From positions 49,858 through 113,857 of the forward strand of contig CAYZMH010000003.1 in the NCBI GenBank assembly GCA_964479445.1: DNA of 64,000 bases, in the 5' to 3' direction. This document shows positions 1-8,799 of the stretch, in pieces. This stretch comes from an uncultured Bacteroidaceae bacterium. Lineage in GTDB: Bacteria; Bacteroidota; Bacteroidia; Bacteroidales; GCA-2748055. The position numbers and the translations under genes are program-made. Under the pieces are notes generated by a model, which ran no database searches, was not told the origin of the DNA, and saw only the letters and a program-made list of their open reading frames with translations. Position 1 is the first letter of the stretch; every line of letters starts with the position of its first letter.

Positions 1-480
1 ATCTCCGGAGAAGAGGAGCGGTTTTCCCAGGTAGCAGGAGAGTGCATCCACACCGGAGCTTTTCCCGTGGAAATACGATTCAATCGTGGACAGGTCTTTG
101 CGCATCTGATGCAGTGTAAGTTCCTCTTTCCCCGAAAAAAGCTGGTCGTAGATAAAAGCAGACACCGACCCGGAGCTTCCGATTCCATAGCCCAGCGGTA
201 TATCGGATTCCAGGTAATAGCCGCTTCTGATCATCTTTTCGAACTCCCCGATCTGCGCCTTACCGTGAAAGCTGTTCACGGGAAGCGATTTCATGTACTG
301 GTAAAGGTTTCGCAGGTATTCCAGCGATTTAAAAGCCCGTTGTTCATCGGGGGCCTGGTTTATGGTACCCAGCCGGGTAAAGAAGCTTGTAAGCGGAACG
401 GTGAGTGCATCTCCTTTCAGGATTGCACTGTATTCACCGACCAGCATGACCTTGGCGTAGTATTTGGTTGTTGTGTTCAT
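1..480 (-). CDS. GHMP-family kinase, mevalonate-kinase-like (N-terminal part only; the C-terminus lies beyond the window start)
   Basis: It is absent from the ORF track because it runs off the window. The reverse-strand ATG at 478-480 overlaps the mvaD stop (ATGA). My translation is MNTTTKYYAKVMLVGEYSAILKGDALTVPL...DIPLGYGIGSSGSVSAFIYD, which contains the GHMP ATP-binding loop (PLGxGxGSSGS). Confidence 0.7.
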   Translation of the reverse strand, partial: MNTTTKYYAKVMLVGEYSAILKGDALTVPLTSFFTRLGTINQAPDEQRAFKSLEYLRNLYQYMKSLPVNSFHGKAQIGEFEKMIRSGYYLESDIPLGYGIGSSGSVSAFIYDQLFSGKEELTLHQMRKDLSTIESYFHGKSSGVDALSCYLGKPLLFSGD

Positions 481-1583
481 TCCACCGAGATCCTTTCCGG
501 GCCATTTCCCATGACATCTCCGATGACGGCCTGGTTTTCACACAATGGTTTCAGTTGTTCATTTACAAAGGGGGTTACTCGGTTTGCCTCCGATTCGGGG
601 AACAGGAGATGGACATTGGCCCCGGCATCCAGTGTAAATCCCAGGCTTGTTCCGGTATCCCGCCGGAACTCCCGGATGCGGTGCAGGGCTTCCACGGTAA
701 GGGGAGCCATCAGGATATACCCGGGTGAACTGGTCATCATCATGGCGTGCAGGGTAAGTGCTTCGTTCTCCATGATATCGATGAAACCGCCCCAGTCGCC
801 GTTTCGCAGCACGGGTTTAAGGAGCCGGAGATTATCCTCTGCCTGTCGAAACCTTGCGGGGGCGAACGGATTGGTTTCCATGAGTGCATGACCATGGGAG
901 CTGGAGACAGCCTTTTTCCCCGACTCGATGATCAGGATCGAATCGTGCAGGAGCCGGAAATTGGGATGGATCTGCCCGATGGGAATGGCGTACTCATCGC
1001 TGGAGTCTGACCACCCGGAGGTTTTGCCCCACAGGGCCATCGCCCCGTACAGGGAGCGGGATGCGCTGCCTGAACCCAGGCGGGCCAGCAGGCTGGCCTT
1101 CCGGTAGAAATCTTCATGCGGCCTGTTAAACAGTTCCTGCTCGATATCACACAGGGCCAGTGCCAGGGCACTGAGGGCCGAGGCGCTGGAAGCGATCCCG
1201 GAGGAGTGGGGGAAGGTGTTGGCCGATCGTACCGTAAGGCGGGCATGCCCGAGGAAAGGGAGCAGCGGGGTTACCTGTTCCAGGTATTTTTCCAGGCGCT
1301 CACTGAATTGCGGAGCTTCGTTGTTTTCAAATTGAAAATCGAGTCGGGGACCCTGTGCGGTATCGTCATAGATACACTCCACCTCCATGCGTGTGCGTGC
1401 ATGGCTGAGGGTGACGCTGAGGGAAGCGTTGGTGGGCAGCTGGACAGTCCGTTTGCCCCAGTATTTTACAATGGCAATATTGGAAGGACTCTCCCAGGAC
1501 ACCCTGGTATGGTTGGTTCCGGGTACCCCCGAATACGATACGGAGGCTTCATCGCGGACTCTCTTTTCATACTTCATTTCCAT
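477..1583 (-). CDS. mvaD: diphosphomevalonate decarboxylase
   Basis: 368 aa. It has the NIAIVKYWGKR motif typical of mevalonate diphosphate decarboxylases, the GHMP loop SSGIASSASA, and mevalonate-pathway neighbours. Confidence 0.88.
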   Translation of the reverse strand: MEMKYEKRVRDEASVSYSGVPGTNHTRVSWESPSNIAIVKYWGKRTVQLPTNASLSVTLSHARTRMEVECIYDDTAQGPRLDFQFENNEAPQFSERLEKYLEQVTPLLPFLGHARLTVRSANTFPHSSGIASSASALSALALALCDIEQELFNRPHEDFYRKASLLARLGSGSASRSLYGAMALWGKTSGWSDSSDEYAIPIGQIHPNFRLLHDSILIIESGKKAVSSSHGHALMETNPFAPARFRQAEDNLRLLKPVLRNGDWGGFIDIMENEALTLHAMMMTSSPGYILMAPLTVEALHRIREFRRDTGTSLGFTLDAGANVHLLFPESEANRVTPFVNEQLKPLCENQAVIGDVMGNGPERISVE

Positions 1584-2499
1584 AGTATACTATCTCTTTG
1601 TAGGGAAACACGATTGATATTCCCTTGTTTTCCAGGTAATAGCGTAGTTCGGATTCCGGAAGGGTGGTGGCCACCAGGGCAAAATCGCCGCCCCAGGCTC
1701 CCAGGGATTTTACATAACCGTCGAGATCGCCGAACCGCTCCTCCCTGAGAGCGGGTTTCTGGAGTATGTCTGAGAGGCTCTCTTCGTGTTCGCGCATGAT
1801 CTCACCGAATTCGCGGAGGGTGGGTGCTTTGATCAGCCGGTAGGTCAGACCGGAAAAGTGGTCGATATCCCTGGCCGTGGGGATATAATGGTCGAGGAAC
1901 GAGGCCAGGCTCTGGTCTGATCGCTGTTTTTCACCCAGGTACACGAAGTAGAGCTGGCTGGCGAACGAGGGGTAGAAATCGATGGTCTCCACCACCGGCA
2001 TATCGTCAATGAGTTCATAGAGTAGGGGTCCGTTTGCATTGGCGCATGCCACATCGTACCCTGAACCTCTGGAGATCCGGAAGTGAAATTGCAGGGGATC
2101 GGCCCCGGCCCACTGGGCGAGGAGGGAGGTGAGGGTGGAGCTGCTTCCGAAGCCCCAGTTCGGATCAAAATCAAGGCGGGTGGTAATGTCTCTCTTTTCC
2201 AGTTGTTCGGCGAATCCGGGTTTCAGTTCGAGCATTTCTCCGAGCAGGAATACCAGGTGATCGGCGGTTTGCCGGTCGGTTGCCGATTCCACGGTGAGGG
2301 TGTCGAGGCGGATGCGGGTTTCGAACCAGGTTTGCTTTTTATACCGCGCGGTCCATTGCAGCATTCCGCGGGTCTCCTTGTGACCGGGAATCAACCACTG
2401 GCCGTGGGTTAATGGCACTGCCAGTGCCCTGGCGCCGAACAGGATCATGTATTCGGCGGTAAGGAGCAATTTTCCCCGGGCAAAGTATCGGTTCGCCAT
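1567..2499 (-). CDS. GHMP kinase of the GYDIA-type family (candidate mevalonate or phosphomevalonate kinase)
   Basis: 310 aa. It has the GFGSSST GHMP loop and an SGYDVACA motif that matches the 'GYDIA family GHMP kinase' signature. It overlaps mvaD by 17 nt. Confidence 0.7.
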   Translation of the reverse strand: MANRYFARGKLLLTAEYMILFGARALAVPLTHGQWLIPGHKETRGMLQWTARYKKQTWFETRIRLDTLTVESATDRQTADHLVFLLGEMLELKPGFAEQLEKRDITTRLDFDPNWGFGSSSTLTSLLAQWAGADPLQFHFRISRGSGYDVACANANGPLLYELIDDMPVVETIDFYPSFASQLYFVYLGEKQRSDQSLASFLDHYIPTARDIDHFSGLTYRLIKAPTLREFGEIMREHEESLSDILQKPALREERFGDLDGYVKSLGAWGGDFALVATTLPESELRYYLENKGISIVFPYKEIVYYGNEV

Positions 2500-2503
2500 G
2501 ATG

Positions 2504-3823
2504 TTATTTCTTTAAGGTTTCCAGGAATTCCTTGACCGCATGATGGGAGACAGTTTTGTCTTTAAAGTGAAGAAGGGCCTGCTCTCGTTCTTTTTTGCCG
2601 GCACCAAGCTGGCGGAGGATGTTGGCCAGGTGCATCTTCATGTGACCCTGCTGGATTCCGCTGGTGACCAGCGAGCGTATGGCACTGAAGTTGTTTGCCA
2701 GTCCGGCTGCCGCGATGATCTTCATGAGTTTGTGGGCATCGGGGTTGTTCATGATCCCCATACTCTGCCGGGCCAAGGGATGGTTACTGGTTAGTCCGCC
2801 CACGGTACCCACTGCCAGGGGCACCTCCAGGGTAAACCGGAAGAGGCCGTCCCGGAGGGTTGCTTCGGACAGTCCGCGGTACATTCCATCCCTTGCCGCA
2901 TAGGCGTGTCCGCATGCCTCCACCGCACGGAAGTCGTTCCCGGTTGCAATGACCACGGCGTCCATGCCGTTGAATATACCTTTGTTGTGGGTGACGGCGC
3001 GGTAGGTGTCGTTTCGGGCGATCTCCACCGCCCGCACAAATTTTTCGGCAAAGGTTGCAGCCGGCATCTCTTTTGCCAGGGACTGCAGGTTGTTTACGGC
3101 TGTTTCCACGTAGACCTCCACCCGGCTTTCGGGGGTATAGTTGGAGAGAATAGCCATGATGATGGTCAGTTCCCCCTCCCCGGTTTTGCCGGTTGCGTTA
3201 TCGACCACTGCTTTCCAGGTTTGGGCCAGTTCCTCCAGGACGGAGTTGATGAAGTTGGCACCCATGGCATCAGCGGTGTGGAAGGATACATGGAGCTGGT
3301 AGCAGGTATCCAGCATTCCGGTCCGGTCCACCAGTTCCATTTCGCTGATCCCGCCTCCCCGCTGGCGCATGCGTTCGGTGAGGGGATCCAGTTTTTCCAG
3401 GAGGTGTTTTTTCTCTTTATCAAACAGGGCTTGCAGTTTTTTGGCTGAGCCGGTCCAGCTGAAGTGCACCTGGCCGATCTTCAGGGTATCGATCACCCGG
3501 GCGTGAAACCCGCCGTGGGCTGACCAGAACCGGGCGGCATGGGAAGCTGCTGCTACCACGGAGCTCTCTTCGATGGCCAGCGGAACGGTAATCATCTCAT
3601 CGTTGATCAGGAAATTGGGGGCGATGCCATAGGGGATGAAGAAGTTGGAGACGGTGTTCTCACTGAACTCCTCGTATATCTCCTGCATGGAAGGATCGGG
3701 GTGAAGATGGGAACGGATCTCCCTGCGGAGTTTTCCCGGTTGGGCTGACTGGTTGATAAGCCATTCCACCTTCTCTTCGCGGGACATCTTTGAGAATCCG
3801 GATACCGGTTGCTGTGGTTTCAT
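2504..3823 (-). CDS. mvaA: hydroxymethylglutaryl-CoA reductase
   Basis: 439 aa. HMGR hallmarks are present: EESSVVAAASH, DAMGANFINS, ATGNDFRAVEA, GTVGG. Confidence 0.9.
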   Translation of the reverse strand: MKPQQPVSGFSKMSREEKVEWLINQSAQPGKLRREIRSHLHPDPSMQEIYEEFSENTVSNFFIPYGIAPNFLINDEMITVPLAIEESSVVAAASHAARFWSAHGGFHARVIDTLKIGQVHFSWTGSAKKLQALFDKEKKHLLEKLDPLTERMRQRGGGISEMELVDRTGMLDTCYQLHVSFHTADAMGANFINSVLEELAQTWKAVVDNATGKTGEGELTIIMAILSNYTPESRVEVYVETAVNNLQSLAKEMPAATFAEKFVRAVEIARNDTYRAVTHNKGIFNGMDAVVIATGNDFRAVEACGHAYAARDGMYRGLSEATLRDGLFRFTLEVPLAVGTVGGLTSNHPLARQSMGIMNNPDAHKLMKIIAAAGLANNFSAIRSLVTSGIQQGHMKMHLANILRQLGAGKKEREQALLHFKDKTVSHHAVKEFLETLKK

Positions 3824-3837
3824 GACGGGTTTACAGG

Positions 3838-4839
3838 TTATTCATTGATTGTCAGATAGGAATAGGCCATTTCCAGTCCTTTCACCTGGCTCTCCACGAA
3901 GGCCTGCAACTGTTCATAATCTTCCTGTGCATATTTGAGGAAGGTGGAGGCCATCCCGTACACGGCGGGCATGGAGGATTTTTTCACCAGGTAGTAGCCA
4001 TCGAGGAAATCCTTGATGCCGCCTGAAATGATCAGCTCTTTGCAGGCGGGCTTTTCCCCTGCGGTGATCCGGTTGATCTCTTCGAGCATGGAGTAGGCAT
4101 CCTCCCCGATGAGAGAGAGAGGTTCGAACAGGGCTTTTTCGGCGTTCTCGTCCCGCAGGAGTTCCACGCGGGCAAAGTTGGTTCCGCCGAATGCAGCAAA
4201 TTCGATAGCCTGCAGGGGCAGCTGCAGCAGTTTGCGGAGGCTTTCCGGACCGATTCCCTGGCCCACTTCTTTGACGATCATGGGATAGGGAAACTTTTCC
4301 ATAAATCGTGTAATCGCCTCAAAGGGAGATATTTTCAGGATGTCACCTTCGGGTTGGAACCACTCCTGCATGGGATTCACGTGAATGATGAGTCCGTCGG
4401 CTTCCAGTTTTTCCACCAGCTTTGTTGCTTTCCCGATGCTGTTCTCTTCCAGGAGCTCTTCGATCTGTGCAATCCCGAGGTTGGCCCACAGCGGCAGGTC
4501 GGGTCCGATTATGGGCCGCATGTTGAAATCCTCGAAGAAGGTATCATCTTCCATGATTATCCGGCAGGAGCCCAATCCCATTCCCATACCAAACTCGTTG
4601 CAGGCGCGGGCCAGGTTGCGGTTAATGGTCCCTGCCATTTTCGTTCCCCCGGTCATACTGCTGACCCACATGGGTACTTTATGTTCTTTTCCAAGGAATG
4701 TAAAGGGTTGAAGTCCGCCTGAGGGGTGTGCTGTAAGCATGGGTTCATACCGGAACCGCAAATCCCTGTCGGGTCGTCCGGTCTGGGATTTAAATGCCAG
4801 GTCGATGTGATCTTTCTTACGGGTTTCCAGTTGTTCCAT
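3838..4839 (-). CDS. fni: type 2 isopentenyl-diphosphate delta-isomerase (FMN-dependent)
   Basis: The ORF track extends to 5088, but that extension overlaps the acyl-CoA dehydrogenase gene. The internal start MEQLETRKKDHIDLAF at 4839 gives a typical IDI-2 N-terminus. SSMTGG and GGIKD motifs are present. Confidence 0.88.
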   Translation of the reverse strand: MEQLETRKKDHIDLAFKSQTGRPDRDLRFRYEPMLTAHPSGGLQPFTFLGKEHKVPMWVSSMTGGTKMAGTINRNLARACNEFGMGMGLGSCRIIMEDDTFFEDFNMRPIIGPDLPLWANLGIAQIEELLEENSIGKATKLVEKLEADGLIIHVNPMQEWFQPEGDILKISPFEAITRFMEKFPYPMIVKEVGQGIGPESLRKLLQLPLQAIEFAAFGGTNFARVELLRDENAEKALFEPLSLIGEDAYSMLEEINRITAGEKPACKELIISGGIKDFLDGYYLVKKSSMPAVYGMASTFLKYAQEDYEQLQAFVESQVKGLEMAYSYLTINE

Positions 4840-4850
4840 TGGGTTGGTAT

Positions 4851-6002
4851 TTAGCGTATTCCGTGATGACGTGCAATGACGAGCCGCAGGATCTCGGAAG
4901 TACCTTCGCCTATCTCCAGGATTCGCTGATCGCGGTAGAACCGTTCGATGGCATTCTCCTTCATGAGTCCGTGTGCCCCATGGATCTGAAGCGAATCGTT
5001 GGCTACTTCGCGCGCGATCTCCGAGGTGTACAACTTGGCCATGGCTGCCTCTTTCCCGAAAGGTTGCTTGTGGTCTTTGAGCCAGCAAGCCTTGTAGAGC
5101 AGGTTACGGGCCAGTTCGATTTTGGTGGCCATATCGGCCAGTTTGAACTGGTTGGCCTGGAAACTCCGGATGGGTTTCCTGAACTGAATGCGTTTTCCTG
5201 CATACTCCATGGCCTGTTCAAAGGCCCCCTGGGCCAGTCCCAGTCCCATGGCGGCAATGGATAACCGTCCGCCGTCGAGGGTGGAGAGCATGATCTTGGA
5301 TCCTTTTCCGCGCTCTCCCAGGAGGTTCTCTTCGGGGACAGTCACATTGTTTAAAAAGATCTTGCCCGTGTCAGCAGCCCGCCACATCATCTTCGAATCG
5401 ATGATCTCTGTGCTGTAGCCATCATTTTCCCGGTCGACCAGGATCACGGAGAGTTCTTTCCTGCCGTCCCCCCGGTCATCCGTCACTGCCTGAACGGTGA
5501 TTCCCCCGGACATGGCTGATGCGGAGTTGGTAATGTAGATCTTTCCGCCGTTGATATGCCAGTTCCCGTCTTTGAGTTCCGCCACGGTTTCGGTATTGTT
5601 GGAATCGGAACCTGCGTTGGGTTCGGTAAGCCCAAAGGCCCATAGTTTGCGTTCCCCGATGAGTTTGGGCAGGTATGTATCGATCTGCTTTTTTGTCCCG
5701 TAGTTCAGGATTGGGGCAATACCCAACGAGTTATGGGCTGCCACCGTGGCTGCCTGGGAGCCATCCACCCGGGCCAGTTCCTCCACCGTCACGATGTAGG
5801 ATAGGGTATCCATGCCCCGGCCTCCATACTCCTCCGGGGTATTGATGCCCAGAAGACCCAGGTCAAACATCCGGTGGGTGAGTTTTTCCGAGAAGGTGGA
5901 TGTTTCATCCAGCTCACGGGCAACCGGCGCGATCTCTTTTTCAGCAAAGGTACGCACCTCTTCCCGTAATTCTTCGTGCGATTTGTTCAATAAAGGGTCC
6001 AT
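4851..6002 (-). CDS. acyl-CoA dehydrogenase, probably isovaleryl-CoA dehydrogenase by context
   Basis: 383 aa and ACAD-like throughout (GLTEPNAGSD, YRDQRILEIGEGTSEI). Substrate specificity is inferred only from the flanking methylcrotonyl-CoA carboxylase genes. Confidence 0.8.
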   Translation of the reverse strand: MDPLLNKSHEELREEVRTFAEKEIAPVARELDETSTFSEKLTHRMFDLGLLGINTPEEYGGRGMDTLSYIVTVEELARVDGSQAATVAAHNSLGIAPILNYGTKKQIDTYLPKLIGERKLWAFGLTEPNAGSDSNNTETVAELKDGNWHINGGKIYITNSASAMSGGITVQAVTDDRGDGRKELSVILVDRENDGYSTEIIDSKMMWRAADTGKIFLNNVTVPEENLLGERGKGSKIMLSTLDGGRLSIAAMGLGLAQGAFEQAMEYAGKRIQFRKPIRSFQANQFKLADMATKIELARNLLYKACWLKDHKQPFGKEAAMAKLYTSEIAREVANDSLQIHGAHGLMKENAIERFYRDQRILEIGEGTSEILRLVIARHHGIR

Positions 6003-6012
6003 TCTTTTTCGT

Positions 6013-8013
6013 TTAAGCTAATGTGATTACTAGTTTTTTCTTCTGTACCTGGTCGCCCACTTTTACGTGGATCTTACTGATCCTGGCATCATGGCCGACC
6101 ATAATTTTATTTTCCATTTTCATGGATTCGATCACCAGGAGGGTATCACCTTTTGCGACCGATTCGTTCTCCCGTACATTGATCTGTACCACCTTCCCGT
6201 TGAGGGGGGCGGTTATCTCGTTTTTACCCCCGGAGATACTTTCGCTGCTGCCGTCGCTCACAAACCGTTCATCCAGCACATCCAGTCTCCTGGCCTTAAA
6301 AAGGTGTCCATCCAGGTCGATGGTCAGTTCCGACCGGTCAACGTACCCCCAGAAGTGGGTGAGCTGATCGTTGATGCGAACCCAGTAGTGGTTTCCCCTT
6401 TTCTGTTCGAGTTCCACCTGGTAGGGTTCATCTTTTATGAAAAGCCTGATCGCTTTTTTTCGTTCGATCAGTTCATAGGGAATACGCAGTTCTTCGTGTT
6501 CGCACTGAAGCAGCAGTTCGGGCTGGATACGCCAGTGTCCGATGGCATACCAGGTATTGCCGTTATTGATGTGGCGAAAATAGTTGTGTTCCAGGGCCAT
6601 CAGGGAGGCTGATGATACCACGAATTCGTGTGGAATAGTTTTCCGCCGATCACTATTTTTCTGATTGATGGTCTGCAGGTGTTCGTCGATATACCTTGTA
6701 TGCATAATGTTGGCGGAGAAATCCTCTCCCTGCAAGAGTTCCAGCAGAAAGTCGCGGTTCGTTGTAATTCCGGTCAGGTGATAATCTTTAAGCGTTCGCA
6801 CCAGGTGGGCGCGTGCCTCTTCACGGTTTTTGCCTTCGGTGATCACTTTAGCGATCATCGGATCGTAGTATGGTTCAATGAGGTTATCTTCACGGTATCC
6901 ACCGTCAATCCTTGTCCAGGGATAATCGGGTTCACTGAGGGCGTCGATCCGTCCGGTGGAGGGCATAAACTCTTTTGCCGGATCTTCGGCATACACCCGG
7001 GCTTCGATGGCATGGCCCCGGATGTGCAGATCTTCCTGTCTGAATGAGAGGGCATTGCCCTGGGCAATACTGATCTGTTCCCTGACCAGGTCGATCCCCG
7101 TGATCATCTCTGTTACCGGGTGTTCCACCTGGATGCGTGTATTCATCTCCAGGAAATAGAAGTTCTGATCGGGATCAACCAAAAACTCCACGGTTCCCGC
7201 GTTCACGTACCCGATACCCATAACCAGTTTCAGGGCTGCGGAGGTGATTTTGTTACGTGTTTCGGCGGATATGAATCCGGAAGGGGCCTCCTCGATGATC
7301 TTCTGGTATCTTCGCTGGAGGGAGCACTCCCGTTCAAAGAGGTGTAAGGCATTTCCGTGGTGGTCGGCAATGATTTGGACCTCGATATGCCTGGGAGCTT
7401 CGATATACCGTTCGATAAAAAGTTCATCCGATCCGAAGTAAGCGGCGGCTTCCCTGGCGGATGTGTGCAATGCTTCTTTGAGCTCTTTGCTGCTGCGTAC
7501 GATGCGCATCCCTTTACCACCCCCGCCTGCTGCCGGTTTGACCAGTTGCGGGTAGGTATAGGTATCCGCCTGTCTGATCAGCTCATCCAGGGGTTTTATA
7601 TCCCCTTCCAGTACCGGAACGCCCAGCTCCACTGCTTTTTCGCGGGCATTGATCTTATTGCCCATAAGATCGATCACCCGGTGGTCGGGCCCGATAAAAA
7701 CAATATTGCTGGCAGCACAGGCCCTGGCAAAGTCAGCATTTTCTGAAAGGAATCCGTAGCCCGGGTGAATGGCTTCGGCCCCGGATTCCCGGGCAATGCG
7801 GATGATCTTTTCGGTGTTGAGGTAGGTATCCGACAGGGTTCCGCTCCCGAGGGAGTAGGCTTCATCGGCCATGGTAACAAACGGCAGGTTCTTATCCACA
7901 TCGGAGTGGATCACCACGGCCACTTTTCCGGTTTCACGGATCGCCTGGATGATCCGGATCGCTATTTCGCCACGGTTGGCGACCAGTATTTTATGGAAGC
8001 TACGTGTTTTCAT
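6013..8013 (-). CDS. biotin carboxylase plus biotin carboxyl carrier subunit of an acyl-CoA carboxylase (3-methylcrotonyl-CoA carboxylase alpha-like)
   Basis: It has the KILVANRGEIAIR biotin-carboxylase N-terminus, an ATP-grasp core, and a C-terminal biotinylation motif (IESMKMEN). I chose the start at 8013 (MKTRSFHKILVANRGE). The ORF-track start at 8040 would overlap the hydratase gene by 41 nt. Confidence 0.85.
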   Translation of the reverse strand: MKTRSFHKILVANRGEIAIRIIQAIRETGKVAVVIHSDVDKNLPFVTMADEAYSLGSGTLSDTYLNTEKIIRIARESGAEAIHPGYGFLSENADFARACAASNIVFIGPDHRVIDLMGNKINAREKAVELGVPVLEGDIKPLDELIRQADTYTYPQLVKPAAGGGGKGMRIVRSSKELKEALHTSAREAAAYFGSDELFIERYIEAPRHIEVQIIADHHGNALHLFERECSLQRRYQKIIEEAPSGFISAETRNKITSAALKLVMGIGYVNAGTVEFLVDPDQNFYFLEMNTRIQVEHPVTEMITGIDLVREQISIAQGNALSFRQEDLHIRGHAIEARVYAEDPAKEFMPSTGRIDALSEPDYPWTRIDGGYREDNLIEPYYDPMIAKVITEGKNREEARAHLVRTLKDYHLTGITTNRDFLLELLQGEDFSANIMHTRYIDEHLQTINQKNSDRRKTIPHEFVVSSASLMALEHNYFRHINNGNTWYAIGHWRIQPELLLQCEHEELRIPYELIERKKAIRLFIKDEPYQVELEQKRGNHYWVRINDQLTHFWGYVDRSELTIDLDGHLFKARRLDVLDERFVSDGSSESISGGKNEITAPLNGKVVQINVRENESVAKGDTLLVIESMKMENKIMVGHDARISKIHVKVGDQVQKKKLVITLA

Positions 8014-8797
8014 CTCTCCAGGTTGGGGTTCGTTTTTCAAAAAATGCGTTCATGCCCTCCTGCCCCTCCGTACCGGTTCGGAATTGAGCGATGAGGGCGG
8101 CGGTATGATCCAGGATCTTTTCCGGGTCATTTTCATTCTCCAGGTACCATACCAGTTCCTTGATCCCGGTAAGCGAGCCGGGTGCGTTTTTCAGCAGCTT
8201 GTCGATGAGTGCATCGGTTTGGGTTTCCAGTTCATCCCCGGGCATGATCTCCTGAACCAGTCCTGACCGGAAGCCTTCATCTGCAGGGATCGTACGCCCG
8301 GTAAGCATCCATTCACGAGCCCTGGTCACACCCGCTTTGCGGATTATAAACGGAGCGATGGTAGCGGGTATAAGGCCCAGTTTCACCTCTGTAAATGCAA
8401 AGGAAGAATCTTCAGCGGCCAGGGCGATATCGCTTGCAGCTACTATTCCGTTGGCGCCCCCGATCACTTTTCCGCGGATGGTGGTAATTGTTACTTTGCT
8501 GCTGTGGTAGATGCGATGAAAAAGTTCACCGAGTTCACGACTCTCCTGTTCCAGCTGGGCGGCTGATTGTGTCAGACCGTCTTTCATCCACTGCAGGTCG
8601 GCGCCGGCAGAAAAGTTATGTCCCTTATGGCGGATAAGGATGATGGTGATTCCGGGGTCGTTATCCAGTTGGTCGAACTGCCTGTTGAACTCCCTGATCA
8701 TGCCGATATGGAGGGCATTGTGGACTTCGGGCCGGTTCAGCGTAAGCGTACCCATTTTACCCCTGCGGGATGATATGATCGTTTGCGAGGTATTCAT
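8000..8797 (-). CDS. enoyl-CoA hydratase/isomerase family protein (methylglutaconyl-CoA hydratase-like by context)
   Basis: 265 aa with a crotonase fold (LTLNRPEVHNAL, FSAGADL, GGANGI). It lies between the two carboxylase subunit genes. Confidence 0.8.
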   Translation of the reverse strand: MNTSQTIISSRRGKMGTLTLNRPEVHNALHIGMIREFNRQFDQLDNDPGITIILIRHKGHNFSAGADLQWMKDGLTQSAAQLEQESRELGELFHRIYHSSKVTITTIRGKVIGGANGIVAASDIALAAEDSSFAFTEVKLGLIPATIAPFIIRKAGVTRAREWMLTGRTIPADEGFRSGLVQEIMPGDELETQTDALIDKLLKNAPGSLTGIKELVWYLENENDPEKILDHTAALIAQFRTGTEGQEGMNAFFEKRTPTWRDENT

Positions 8798-8799
8798 AG

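Noticed and set aside
67-891. 274 aa plus-strand ORF, with similar ORFs at 468-728, 747-1010 and 1116-1748
   Set aside because: They lie antisense to well-supported mevalonate-pathway genes (mvaD and a GHMP kinase). They have no recognisable motifs and their composition is typical of shadow frames.
4840-5088. N-terminal 83 aa extension of the IDI-2 ORF in the ORF track
   Set aside because: The extension overlaps the 3' end of the acyl-CoA dehydrogenase gene by ~240 nt and is Arg/Pro-rich nonsense. The internal Met at 4839 gives the conserved IDI-2 N-terminus.
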